Origin: Pseudomonadota bacterium
Lineage (GTDB): Bacteria > Pseudomonadota > Alphaproteobacteria > Rhodobacterales > Rhodobacteraceae
Reading direction: 5' to 3'
DNA: 64,000 nt
NCBI GenBank assembly: GCA_038532285.1
Contig: JBCBAV010000002.1
Coordinates: forward strand, 2,679-66,678
The notes under the pieces were generated by a model, which did no database searches, was not told where the DNA came from, and saw only the letters and a program-made list of their open reading frames with translations. Of the stretch, positions 54,968-64,000 are shown in pieces. Made by a program: the position numbers and the translations under genes. Positions within the stretch are counted from its first letter, which is position 1. Each line of letters opens with the position of its first letter.

Positions 54968-56590
54968 ATGTCTGCGCAAAACTGGCTGTTTAAATTTGCC
55001 AAGGTCGTCCCATCAGGCAACGCAGACGAAATTGCCGAACTCTTTGCACCAAATGGTTTCTGGCGCGATTATCTCCCCTTCGGCGGCACTTTGCAGACTG
55101 TCGAGGGGTGTGCGGCAATCGCCGCTTTCGCCGCGCGCACCGATGCCGCTTGCGGTTTGCAGAATGTGATTTTCGAAGGCGCGGCGGACGCGAACGAAGG
55201 CTTTTTTCGGTTTTCCGTCGCCGCGGGCCACGGTCGCGGCTACCTGCGCTGCAAGAATGGTCTTTGCGAAACGCTGTTTACCCAACTTGGCGATCTCGCA
55301 CATCCACCAGCTCGCTCCGACGACAACACCGCGCCTTTCGTTCTGGTGGTTGGTGGGGGGCAAGGCGGGCTCGCTCTGGGCGCACAGCTTGCCGATCTGG
55401 GGGTCCCGTATCTCATCATAGACAAGCACCCACGGGTGGGTGATCAGTGGAGATCCCGCTACGACAGTCTCGTGCTACACGACCCTGTCTGGTACGATCA
55501 CATGCCGTTCAAACCGTTCCCCGAGGATTGGCCGGTGTTCACGCCCAAGGACCGAATGGGCGACTGGCTCGAAGCCTATGCAAAAGAGTTGGGCTTGAAC
55601 ATTTGGACCAACGCCGCCCTGACATCAGCGAAATATGATGGAACGACGTGGTCCGCCGACGTGATGCGCGATGGTAACCCGACCACGGTAAAGCCTAGCC
55701 ATCTGGTCATGGCCCTTGGCCTTTCCGGCTTTCCGAATGTGCCTCAATTTCCGGGTCAGGATATCTTTGCGGGTCGTCAAGAGCACTCGAGCGTCTTTGA
55801 TCTCAAGGGGTGCTACGCCGGAGAGGATGTCGTCATCATCGGAGCAAACAATTCAGCGCATGACATTGCGTCGGATCTGGTTGGGATCGGTGCGCGTCCG
55901 GTGATTGTTCAACGGTCGTCGTCTCTGGTCGTGCGGCAAAGCGATTATTGCGAGAAAGTCCTTGGCCCGCTTTATTCCGCTGATGCGGTCGCCCGAGGCA
56001 TCACAACGGACAAAGCAGACATATTGCAGGCGTCCATGCCGCTACGTTTGCTGGAAAAGCGTCACAAGGCGATCTGGGATGAAATCCGCGCCGATCAACG
56101 TGAATACTATAAGCGTCTGACGGATGCAGGTTTTGCCTTGGACTTTGCCGAGGATGAAACCGGCCTCGGCATGAAATACCGCCGCACCGCCTCTGGCTAC
56201 TACATTGATGTGGGTGCTGCCGAAATGGTGATGGATGGTCGGATTGCAGTATGCTCCGGCACTGGTATCAGCCACCTCAGCACCCAAGCCGTTCATCTTG
56301 AGGATGGCGCGTCTCTGACCGCCGATGCTGTTGTCTATGCGACGGGATATGGTGACATGACGGACTGGGTTGCCGCGCTGGTTGACCAAGACACAGCACG
56401 CAAGGTCGGCCCATGCTGGGGGTACGGTTCCGGCACCAAAGGTGATCCCGGCCCGTGGATCGGAGAACTACGCAACATGTGGGTCGAGACGGCGCAACCC
56501 GGCCTTTGGTTCACGGGCGGCAATCTCAGCCAAGCGCGTTACTACTCCCGCTTTCTGGCGCTGCAGCTGGCACAACGGTCTTTGACATGA
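54968..56590 (+). CDS. Flavin-containing (class B) monooxygenase / NAD(P)/FAD-dependent oxidoreductase
   Basis: 540 aa. VVGGGQGGLALG (FAD), DVVIIGANNSAHD (NADPH), and a roughly 120-aa N-terminal extension. Confidence 0.75.
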   Translation: MSAQNWLFKFAKVVPSGNADEIAELFAPNGFWRDYLPFGGTLQTVEGCAAIAAFAARTDAACGLQNVIFEGAADANEGFFRFSVAAGHGRGYLRCKNGLCETLFTQLGDLAHPPARSDDNTAPFVLVVGGGQGGLALGAQLADLGVPYLIIDKHPRVGDQWRSRYDSLVLHDPVWYDHMPFKPFPEDWPVFTPKDRMGDWLEAYAKELGLNIWTNAALTSAKYDGTTWSADVMRDGNPTTVKPSHLVMALGLSGFPNVPQFPGQDIFAGRQEHSSVFDLKGCYAGEDVVIIGANNSAHDIASDLVGIGARPVIVQRSSSLVVRQSDYCEKVLGPLYSADAVARGITTDKADILQASMPLRLLEKRHKAIWDEIRADQREYYKRLTDAGFALDFAEDETGLGMKYRRTASGYYIDVGAAEMVMDGRIAVCSGTGISHLSTQAVHLEDGASLTADAVVYATGYGDMTDWVAALVDQDTARKVGPCWGYGSGTKGDPGPWIGELRNMWVETAQPGLWFTGGNLSQARYYSRFLALQLAQRSLT

Positions 56591-57318
56591 ACCGGCTTGA
56601 TGGAAAGGTCGCCCTGATCACCGGCGGGGCACGCGGGATAGGTGCAGCCGAGGCTGCGCTTTTTGCTGAGGCAGGCGCCCAAGTCGTTATGACCGATGTG
56701 GATCAGACCGAAGGCGAGACCGTCGCCGACGCTATTGGAGACGCGTGCACGTTTCATTTTCAGGATGTGGCGTCGGAAGAAGACTGGGATGAGCTCATGG
56801 TCTTTATCAAACGCACATATGGCGCGCTTGACGTGTTGGTGAACAATGCTGGGATCTTTCGGGTGATGGGTACAGAAGAAACCAACCTGGACACTTGGAA
56901 CCAACTTGTCGCCATCAACCAGACCGGAACATTCCTGGGCATTCGCAGCGCTGTGCCATTGATGAAACGCGGCGGCGGCGGCAGCATCATCAATTCATCA
57001 TCGATCGCAGGGCTTGCCGCGACGCCGCGCGCATCGGCGTATGCAGCAACCAAATGGGCAGTGCGCGGTCTGACAAAATCTGCTGCCGTCGAATTCGCGC
57101 CATTCGGAATCCGTGTAAATTCAGTCCATCCGGGACTGATTGACACACGGATGATGCAGGAACTGAACCAGTCCGCCGAAGAACGTGACGCGCGTGTCCC
57201 GCTTGGGCGTCAGGGAACGGTGCATGATGTTGCCAAGCTCGTTCTTTTCCTCGCGTCCGACGACTCTGCCTATTGCACCGGACATGAATTCGTAGCGGAC
57301 GGTGGACTGAAGGCATAG
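56587..57318 (+). CDS. Short-chain dehydrogenase/reductase (SDR)
   Basis: Track ORF 56455..57318. The ATG at 56587 sits in an ATGA overlap. GKVALITGGARGIGAA, NNAGI, YAATKWAV. Confidence 0.85.
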   Translation: MNRLDGKVALITGGARGIGAAEAALFAEAGAQVVMTDVDQTEGETVADAIGDACTFHFQDVASEEDWDELMVFIKRTYGALDVLVNNAGIFRVMGTEETNLDTWNQLVAINQTGTFLGIRSAVPLMKRGGGGSIINSSSIAGLAATPRASAYAATKWAVRGLTKSAAVEFAPFGIRVNSVHPGLIDTRMMQELNQSAEERDARVPLGRQGTVHDVAKLVLFLASDDSAYCTGHEFVADGGLKA

Positions 57319-57546
57319 TTCCCGTGGCCGTTTTGCTTGTAACGTGACGCAGCAAGAACGCTCGCAACGGCAGATTTCTTCCATGGTTGGCGATCGCGGT
57401 GAGATCAGGTGTTCGGGGATCACACAACTGTCGGTCCGGCGTTCATCAAATGCTTTCGCAGAACTGGTAAGCAGCCCGAGCTCGTAACGTCAAAGCCCAA
57501 ACTTCTGTATCAAAGCTGGAAGCAAGCGCAGACAGCGCATCCAGCC

Positions 57547-57765
57547 TCATGCACTTTTTTCATTGATCTCTGCCTTTCGACCCGCGAGGGAAATGACGTT
57601 CTCAGGCATTTCATCTGGGTCAACTCGTTCCGTCGGAACGGCCGTTGCGGCCTTGCTTGGCCACCGCAAATCGGCTTCGAGCGCTGCGCGCAGTTGGGGA
57701 TGCAACCCGCTTCCGTAAGGGCGCGCAACATCATCCATCCGCAGTAAATCATTGAAAATCGTCAT
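57547..57765 (-). CDS. Hypothetical small protein (72 aa), weakly supported
   Basis: Part of track ORF 57547..57960. The ATG at 57765 (MTIFNDLLRMDDVARPYG...) has GGAAAG 9 nt upstream. I recognise no family. It lies in a 660-bp AT-richer gap. Confidence 0.2.
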   Translation of the reverse strand: MTIFNDLLRMDDVARPYGSGLHPQLRAALEADLRWPSKAATAVPTERVDPDEMPENVISLAGRKAEINEKSA

Positions 57766-57978
57766 GGGGTCCAGCTTTCCTTTTCGCAACGCTCGCAACG
57801 CTTGCATCAGTTTTGCACCGGGCGAGACAGAAAGGGTGTTCCAGCTAGGTGACATTCTCCTGACAGATTTAATCAGAATTGGCAATGGCAGCAAAAGGCG
57901 CGGCAACGTGAATTCGCACCGCCGCAAAAAGGGCGCGCAATGACTGGCCGCCCTTTCCATTTGCGCATGAAATGTGAG

Positions 57979-60051
57979 CTAGAATTCGAACGTGGCTGAG
58001 ACCTTGAAGGACCGTCCCGGCTGCGGCAGTTCGTTGGGGAAGATCGTGTATTGCTCGTCAAAGACGTTGTCGATGCTGGCCCGAAACACGGCGTTCTCGA
58101 GCGGTCCACGCGATGGGCCCCAAGATCCGAACAGGTCAACGACCGTATAGGATTCGCCAGCACGCCCGCCAGACGGTACGTCGTTTTGATCACCGGCAAA
58201 GGTCACGCGGCCCCCAACTGTCCACTCTGACGTTGGCCGAAAGCCCAAGGTCGCACTCAGACGCGGTTGGGGAATAGACCCCAGTTCGTCTCCCGGTTCC
58301 TTGGATTTTCCGTCTGCCAGCGTCAAAGCAAGTCCGCCAAACCAATTGCCCGCATTATAGTCCACCTCAGCTTCAAAACCATACAGCTCGGCGTCAACGT
58401 TCCGCTGGAACGTGTCCCCAAGAGCCGTACTGAAAGTCGGCGGCCCAAGGCGCGAGAAATCCGGGCCTGTCACAACTGTGTCGATGAAGTTTTTGACATC
58501 TGCATAATAAACATTGGCTGAAAACCGCAGCGCGTCACCGGGTCGGAACCTATTTGCCCTTTCAAAGCGTGCGCCAATTTCGATCTGTGTGGATTCTTCC
58601 GGTTTCAAATCCGGAGTGGGCACGAAATTGTTGGTGATCTCCGTCGGAGGGGTGCCTGGAGGACCAAGAACAACTGTTCCATAGGGGAAGTGCACCCCGT
58701 CATTATACAACTCGGTCAGCGTTGGCGCACGGAACGCGCGCGCCACGTTGCCGAATACTTGCCAGTTGTTATTCGGGCGGAAACTAATCCCGATCCGAGG
58801 CGAGAAGAAGTCATCCTCCACATCCGCCAGCGTGGGATCGTCCACGTCGCGATCATAGCTGTCAAAACGCACACCCGCGATGACGTCCAACCGGTCCGAC
58901 ACTCCGAATGTCGCTTCGGCGAACACACCGTAAGTGGTGGCTTCGGCATTAGGGAATTGCGTCCGGGGTCCACCGCTGCGCGTGCCGGTCTGCTCATCGC
59001 GGAATGCCTCAAGGCCGTAGACCAAATCAATTGGCACACCCATGTTGAACTGCGACCGGTTCACGACCTCGAACCCGATTGTGTCATATTCCGTGACGTC
59101 AGCGCGGCCGTCGCGAATACGGTCATCTGTGATCTCAAGCGTATTGCCAAAGAACAGCACGGACAGATCGACCAAGTTGGAATTCTCTGGGTTCCAATCC
59201 CAGGACAGCCGATAAGTAAAGATCTCTGAAGCCCGATCAGAATCGTTCCCATCCACAGGATCGAGATTGGCGGTGGTGTTCGCGTTGGGAGGGATGCGCC
59301 CTTCGTCTTCGAAGTAAGACAGATTCAGCTCAAACCGCTGGTCCTCATTTGGTTCGAAGCCGAGCTTGAGCAGCCCGTTAAGGGAATCAACTTCAGACCG
59401 CAGAATTCCATTGCCATTGCCATCATCCTGGTCTTCACCGGCTTCGCGCCCACCGATGAACGCCAAATAGTCGAAAGCGCCAAAGTCGCCGAAAACTGTA
59501 GCGCTTGGGCTGTAGATTTCGCCGTTGTCGGTAAAGCCAAACCGCAGTCGCGCGCCAGTGGTCTGGTCGGGGCGCAGCAGGTCTGCTGCGTCTTTGGTTT
59601 CAACAGCAATAACGCCGCCGATGGCGCCGGATCCGAACAGCGTGGACCCGCCGCCGCGCACAACCTCGACCCGCTGCACGATGTCTGGATCAAAAAAGAA
59701 GCGTCCGCTATGCGCCCGGTTAAAGTTCAACCGGCCGCCATCCAGCCGCAACACGACCTGCTCGTCCTGAAACCCGCGGATATTCGGCTCCTGCGCCACG
59801 CCGCGCGGCCCGCCTTCAATCAGAACCCCGGGTAGCTCGCCGACCAATTCCTCGTAGGTGTCCGCCTGCCGTTGTTCCAGCTCTTCACCGTCGATTATGG
59901 ACGCAGCAACCGGCGTATCCAGAATGTCCCGATCATCTCGTAGGGCAGTCCCCAAAACCAGCGGCGGCAATTCCACCGGTTCCTCCTGCGCCTGAACGAA
60001 ATTCGCACCGACGGCCAGCATGACCGCACCCCCGAAAATGCATTTCTGCAT
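57979..60051 (-). CDS. hmuR: TonB-dependent heme/hemoglobin receptor
   Basis: 690 aa with a signal peptide and a plug domain. FRAP box (ARAFRAPTLTELY) followed by a His-containing loop and TPDLKPE (NPNL-box position). C-terminal ...KVSATFEF. Confidence 0.85.
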   Translation of the reverse strand: MQKCIFGGAVMLAVGANFVQAQEEPVELPPLVLGTALRDDRDILDTPVAASIIDGEELEQRQADTYEELVGELPGVLIEGGPRGVAQEPNIRGFQDEQVVLRLDGGRLNFNRAHSGRFFFDPDIVQRVEVVRGGGSTLFGSGAIGGVIAVETKDAADLLRPDQTTGARLRFGFTDNGEIYSPSATVFGDFGAFDYLAFIGGREAGEDQDDGNGNGILRSEVDSLNGLLKLGFEPNEDQRFELNLSYFEDEGRIPPNANTTANLDPVDGNDSDRASEIFTYRLSWDWNPENSNLVDLSVLFFGNTLEITDDRIRDGRADVTEYDTIGFEVVNRSQFNMGVPIDLVYGLEAFRDEQTGTRSGGPRTQFPNAEATTYGVFAEATFGVSDRLDVIAGVRFDSYDRDVDDPTLADVEDDFFSPRIGISFRPNNNWQVFGNVARAFRAPTLTELYNDGVHFPYGTVVLGPPGTPPTEITNNFVPTPDLKPEESTQIEIGARFERANRFRPGDALRFSANVYYADVKNFIDTVVTGPDFSRLGPPTFSTALGDTFQRNVDAELYGFEAEVDYNAGNWFGGLALTLADGKSKEPGDELGSIPQPRLSATLGFRPTSEWTVGGRVTFAGDQNDVPSGGRAGESYTVVDLFGSWGPSRGPLENAVFRASIDNVFDEQYTIFPNELPQPGRSFKVSATFEF

Positions 60052-60273
60052 GTCATCCCCACATGTTGCCCCTGGTCCAGCGCGGGGCCTGCCGAGTGTG
60101 GGGTGGAGCGCGCGTTAACGCTAAAATTATTTATCCCGACAAAAGAAGTAAAGAATTTTGTGGCGCGCCATTGCGCCGCAATCACCGACCGACTAACCTA
60201 TTCACTCAAGCACCATAGCCACGCCGTCTGGCCCAGCAATTGGGAACCTCTCTTTTGAGCGAGACCGGCCACC

Positions 60274-61314
60274 GTGCAAAATCAAACATTCACAGCTGCA
60301 GATATCCGCGCCCGCCGCGCAGAAACCCCCCGGCCGCGTGACCGCGACTTTGCCGAATCTCTTGGCATCAGCGAGGCCGCCCTTGTTGCCGCGTATTGCG
60401 GCAAGGGTGTGACCCGGATTGATGCGCATCCGGATGTTGTCATGGAGGCCGCGCAAGACCTGGGCGAGGTTATGGCGTTGACCAGAAACGCATCCTGCGT
60501 GCATGAAAAGGTAGGTGTCTACGACAATTACCATCCGGGCAACCACGCAGCGATGATCCTGACCGAGGACATCGACCTGCGCATTTTCCCCAGCCGCTGG
60601 CAACACGCCTTTCTCGTTGAACGCGATGGCGATGCAGCCACGCAGTGCAGTTTGCAGGTGTTTGATGCCGCAGGCGATGCGGTTCACAAGATTTTCCTTC
60701 GCGACGGTTCAGATCACAAAGCATTCGCGCAGATGACGCGGACCATGGCTTCAGACAATCAGTCACCCGAAGCTCAGTTTGCGGATCGCGCGCCAGTCGA
60801 AGCTGCCAAGATCGCCGAGGACAAGATCGACATCCTGCGCAAGGAATGGGCGCGACTGACCGATACGCATCAATTCCTGCGCCTTGTGTCCAAGTTGAAG
60901 ATGAACCGTCTTGGGGCCTACCGGGCGGCGGGCCTGCCCTTAGCCCGTCAGCTTTCGCCCGATGCGGTCGACGCGCTGCTGATCAACCTGCAAAGCTCCG
61001 GCACTGAGGTGATGCTGTTTGTCGGCAATCATGGGTGCATTCAGATCCACACCGGGGCATTGCACACACTCAAACCCATGGGGCCGTGGCAAAACGTGAT
61101 GGATCCCGGATTTAACCTGCACCTGCGCCGCGATGAAGTGGCCGAGGTCTGGGCTGTGGACAAGCCTACGCAACGCGGTACCGCCACATCGGTCGAGGCC
61201 TTTGATGCCCGCGGGGCACTGATTTTCCAGGTGTTTGGCGTGCCCAAGGAAGGGCGGGACAGTCGCCCGGCCTTCCGCGCGATTGTCGAAGACTTGCAAG
61301 AGGTTCCCGCATGA
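60274..61314 (+). CDS. hmuS: Hemin-degrading/transport protein (HemS/ChuS/HmuS family)
   Basis: 346 aa with GTG start. Internally duplicated architecture, positioned directly upstream of hmuTUV. Confidence 0.8.
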   Translation: MQNQTFTAADIRARRAETPRPRDRDFAESLGISEAALVAAYCGKGVTRIDAHPDVVMEAAQDLGEVMALTRNASCVHEKVGVYDNYHPGNHAAMILTEDIDLRIFPSRWQHAFLVERDGDAATQCSLQVFDAAGDAVHKIFLRDGSDHKAFAQMTRTMASDNQSPEAQFADRAPVEAAKIAEDKIDILRKEWARLTDTHQFLRLVSKLKMNRLGAYRAAGLPLARQLSPDAVDALLINLQSSGTEVMLFVGNHGCIQIHTGALHTLKPMGPWQNVMDPGFNLHLRRDEVAEVWAVDKPTQRGTATSVEAFDARGALIFQVFGVPKEGRDSRPAFRAIVEDLQEVPA

Positions 61315-62165
61315 TGGATCGACGCAGTTTTCTCAGCCTGTCTCTCGCACTGGGAGTTATGCCCGCGCGGCTTCTGGCAGCAGGCGGCACGCAGGACGTG
61401 ATTTCCATCGGCGGGGATGTCACCGAGATCATTTTTGCGCTTGGTCAAGATCACAGGTTGCTGGCGCGCGATACAACATCCACATTCCCCGCGGCTGCAC
61501 AAAAATTGCCGGATGTAGGATACATGCGCAGCTTGTCAGCCGAAGGGGTGTTGTCTTTCGCACCGGAACTGATCGTGTCCGCCGAAGGGGCTGGCCCGCC
61601 CGAGGTCATCGATATCCTGCGCGCGGCGTCTGTCGAATTTGCGGAAGTGCCGACGGGTTATGACACGGAAGCGATCGTACGCAAAATCGAAACTGTAGGT
61701 GCGGCCCTTGATGTCCAAGATCGTTCGGCGAAACTGGCCACCGAAACCCGCGATGCGCTGAACATGGCGCTCAATCGCGCGGCTCGCAGGGATGAAGACA
61801 AAGCGCGTGTCATGTTCATCCTTTCGACCCAGGGCGGGCGCATCCTGGCGTCCGGCACAGGTACTGGGGCTGACGGCATCATCCAGATGGCGGGCGGTGT
61901 GAACGCCATATCCAGTTTTGAAGGATACAAACCTCTTTCGGACGAGGCAGCGAGCGCAGCAGCTCCGGATGTCATCCTGATGATGGATCGTGACGGAGGA
62001 CATGCCTCGACCGATGCTGAATTGTTCGCTTTGCCCGCCCTGTCGGCGACACCCGCCGCAGAGATACGCAAGGTCGTGCGCATGGATGGGCTGTTCCTGT
62101 TGGGGTTTGGTCCTCGTACGGCTGACGCGGTGACTGCACTGAACCGCGCGCTCTACCCCACATAA
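61311..62165 (+). CDS. hmuT: Hemin ABC transporter periplasmic binding protein
   Basis: 284 aa with ATGA overlap. Tat/Sec-like leader MMDRRSFLSLSLALGVMPARLLAAG. Class III (cluster A) PBP. Confidence 0.8.
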   Translation: MMDRRSFLSLSLALGVMPARLLAAGGTQDVISIGGDVTEIIFALGQDHRLLARDTTSTFPAAAQKLPDVGYMRSLSAEGVLSFAPELIVSAEGAGPPEVIDILRAASVEFAEVPTGYDTEAIVRKIETVGAALDVQDRSAKLATETRDALNMALNRAARRDEDKARVMFILSTQGGRILASGTGTGADGIIQMAGGVNAISSFEGYKPLSDEAASAAAPDVILMMDRDGGHASTDAELFALPALSATPAAEIRKVVRMDGLFLLGFGPRTADAVTALNRALYPT

Positions 62166-62169
62166 GCCC

Positions 62170-63228
62170 ATGGCTCTGGCCGATCATATGCCGCAAAGCC
62201 GTGTCGCACGTGCCCGGCAAATGCATCTGGTTCTGGGGGTCGCTCTACTGCTCGTGGGCTTGTTCAGCCTGACAGTGGGGGCAACGGACGTATCCCTTGG
62301 CCCTGCCCTTCTGAAGCTTGCGCAGGGCGAAGAGCTGACCCGGATGGAGGCCATCGTTCTCTGGGATATCCGCGCGCCACGGCTTGTGCTGGGACTGCTT
62401 GTGGGTGCGGCCCTTGCCGTCGGTGGCGCAGTGATGCAGGGCCTTTTTCGCAACCCTTTGGCAGATCCCGGCTTGGTCGGGGTCAGCGCAGGCGCGGGCC
62501 TTGGTGCGATCGCGGCCATTGTTCTGGCCGGTTTTGCCCCCATTTGGCTTGCTGCTGCGGTGGGCGATCAATTGGTGCCGGTAGCCGCCTTTCTGGGCGG
62601 CTGGGCCAGCACAATGGTGCTGTATCAGGTTTCAACGCGCCGGGGGCGAACTTCAGTGGCCACGATGCTGCTGGCTGGTATCGCGCTTGGCGCCCTGGCG
62701 GGGGCGTTGTCCGGTATCCTCGTTTACATCTCGGATGACCGACAATTGCGCGATCTCACCTTCTGGGGCCTCGGATCGCTTGGTGGGGCGAGTTGGACCA
62801 AGGTCGTCGTAGCCGGGCCGATCATCCTGATTGCAGTAATTGCGGCCTGTGCGCTGGGGCGTGGGCTTAACGGTCTGGCTCTTGGCGAAGCAACCGCTGC
62901 GCATATCGGTCTAAACGTCCAGAGGGTCAAAAACCTTGCCATCCTGACTGTTGCTGCGGCAACAGGTGCGGCTGTCGCGGTATCGGGTGGCATCGGCTTT
63001 ATCGGCATCGTGGTGCCGCACCTCTTGCGTCTTGGCACAGGCCCTGACCACCGTCCGCTCCTGATCAACGCCGCCCTTCTGGGCGCGCTGCTGCTGGTAC
63101 TAGCGGACGTGATCGCGCGGGTGATCATCGCACCCGCCGAGCTGCCGATCGGCATCGTAACGGCGGTGCTGGGCGCACCCGTCTTTCTCTGGATCCTTTT
63201 GCGACAGCGCGGGATGGTGGATCTATGA
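62170..63228 (+). CDS. hmuU: Hemin ABC transporter permease (FecCD family)
   Basis: 352 aa polytopic protein. ...GIGFIGIVVPHLLR... is typical of FecCD permeases. Confidence 0.85.
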   Translation: MALADHMPQSRVARARQMHLVLGVALLLVGLFSLTVGATDVSLGPALLKLAQGEELTRMEAIVLWDIRAPRLVLGLLVGAALAVGGAVMQGLFRNPLADPGLVGVSAGAGLGAIAAIVLAGFAPIWLAAAVGDQLVPVAAFLGGWASTMVLYQVSTRRGRTSVATMLLAGIALGALAGALSGILVYISDDRQLRDLTFWGLGSLGGASWTKVVVAGPIILIAVIAACALGRGLNGLALGEATAAHIGLNVQRVKNLAILTVAAATGAAVAVSGGIGFIGIVVPHLLRLGTGPDHRPLLINAALLGALLLVLADVIARVIIAPAELPIGIVTAVLGAPVFLWILLRQRGMVDL

Positions 63229-64000
63229 CGCTCACCGTGCGCGACCTATCTGTTTCCTATGGCCGAAATAAGGTCCTGCACGGGCTGGCGATGGACGCAC
63301 TGCCTGGCACGCTGACGGCAATCGTCGGCCCAAACGGATCTGGGAAATCGACCCTGATCAAAGCGGTCTGTGGTGACCTCCCTTACGACGGCCGCATCCA
63401 TCTGAACGGTATGGAGGTCGCACAGGCCAAGCCTTGGGATCTGGCAGCAATACGCGGAGTGCTGCCACAGGCGTCCACGCTCGCCTTCCCGTTTCATGCC
63501 ATCGAGGTGGTGCGGATCGGTCTGACCGCTGGTTTGGGCGCAGATCACGCTGGCCGCGCCGAAGCGGCGCTTGCCCGTGTAGGTCTCCAAAATTACGCGC
63601 ACCACTTTTATCAGGAGCTGTCAGGCGGCGAACAGCAGCGCGTGCAACTGGCCCGCGTGCTGGCCCAGATTTGGGAGCCGATCGCCGACGGCGGTCCCCG
63701 CTGGCTGATGCTGGATGAACCCGTCTCGTCGCTCGACATAGCACACCAGCTTCAGGTCATGTCCCTTGCCCGCTCCTTTGCCGAGGCCGGGGGCGGCGTG
63801 GTCGCGGTCATGCATGATCTGAACCTCACCGGCCTATTTGCCGATCACGTACTTATCATGGCCGACGGGCAGGTTCTGGCCGCTGGTTCGCCAGCCGAAG
63901 TGATGACCGACGAAATCTTGTCGCGCACCTATGGGTGCAGCCTGAACGTCAATGCGACGCCCGTGGGCCTCGCCCCTTTTGTGCTGCCGCACAGCGCGCA
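63225..64000 (+). CDS. hmuV: Hemin ABC transporter ATP-binding protein (3' end beyond the window)
   Basis: Absent from the track because it has no stop in the window. The ATG at 63225 sits in an ATGA overlap. My translation is MTLTVRDLSVSYGRNKVLHGLAMDALPGTLTAIVGPNGSGKSTLIK...LSGGEQQRVQLARVL...WLMLDEP. Confidence 0.85.
   Translation, partial: MTLTVRDLSVSYGRNKVLHGLAMDALPGTLTAIVGPNGSGKSTLIKAVCGDLPYDGRIHLNGMEVAQAKPWDLAAIRGVLPQASTLAFPFHAIEVVRIGLTAGLGADHAGRAEAALARVGLQNYAHHFYQELSGGEQQRVQLARVLAQIWEPIADGGPRWLMLDEPVSSLDIAHQLQVMSLARSFAEAGGGVVAVMHDLNLTGLFADHVLIMADGQVLAAGSPAEVMTDEILSRTYGCSLNVNATPVGLAPFVLPHSA

Noticed and set aside
57409-57747. 112-aa plus-strand ORF in the SDR-hmuR gap
   Set aside because: It has no RBS or motifs, overlaps the equally weak minus-strand ORF, and has composition atypical of coding sequence in this replicon.
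60052-60273. Attempt to assign an Irr/RirA/Fur operator in the hmuR-hmuS promoter
   Set aside because: I could not find a convincing match to the consensus sequences as I remember them. I note only an AT-rich block and a 10-bp palindrome, so I make no regulatory call.

Overview
This is a 64-kb, gene-dense segment with about 58 protein-coding genes. I saw no rRNA, tRNA, CRISPR array or transposase. It looks like a Rhodobacteraceae (roseobacter-type) chromosome or chromid: high G+C, TAXI-TRAP, TTT and several ABC importers, and a dddQ-type cupin. From left to right: (1) A TAXI receptor fragment, a tartrate-dehydrogenase-like gene and a Dpp-type ABC importer. (2) An ALDH / carboxymuconolactone-decarboxylase-family / CocE-NonD hydrolase operon. 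(3) Two divergent, translationally coupled operons. One is RpiR - Rieske oxygenase - Asp/Glu-racemase-like - sulfotransferase-like. The other is DMGDH-like - MDR dehydrogenase - DddQ-like cupin - three MR/MLE paralogs plus DUF1801 - class III aminotransferase. Together they look like catabolism of a betaine/sulfonium-type osmolyte of unknown identity. (4) A sugar-type ABC importer with a Tm-1-like protein, two class II aldolases, an MBL hydrolase, a HAD hydrolase and a frameshifted FGGY kinase, next to a GntR/FCD regulator. (5) From about 35.4 kb the G+C is visibly lower. This stretch holds bphO-bphP (bphP has one in-frame TAA), a heavily decayed TPP-enzyme pseudogene, and ArsR plus two SRPBCC genes. 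(6) A HutC-type GntR gene sits between tctCBA - sulfatase - split transketolase - SDR and split transketolase - ALDH - MR/MLE - flavin monooxygenase - SDR. This is my best candidate for an undescribed pathway, possibly use of a sulfate-ester carbon source. (7) hmuR and hmuSTUV heme uptake. Non-coding structure includes a dispersed 41-nt repeat (4 copies). There is also a 23/24-bp hairpin tandem-repeat family, present once between genes and once in frame inside the DMGDH-like gene. A phased array of 14-bp AT-rich palindromes lies in a convergent intergenic region. All functional calls come from motif recognition by eye on the supplied ORF translations and my own reading of the sequence; no database searches were run.
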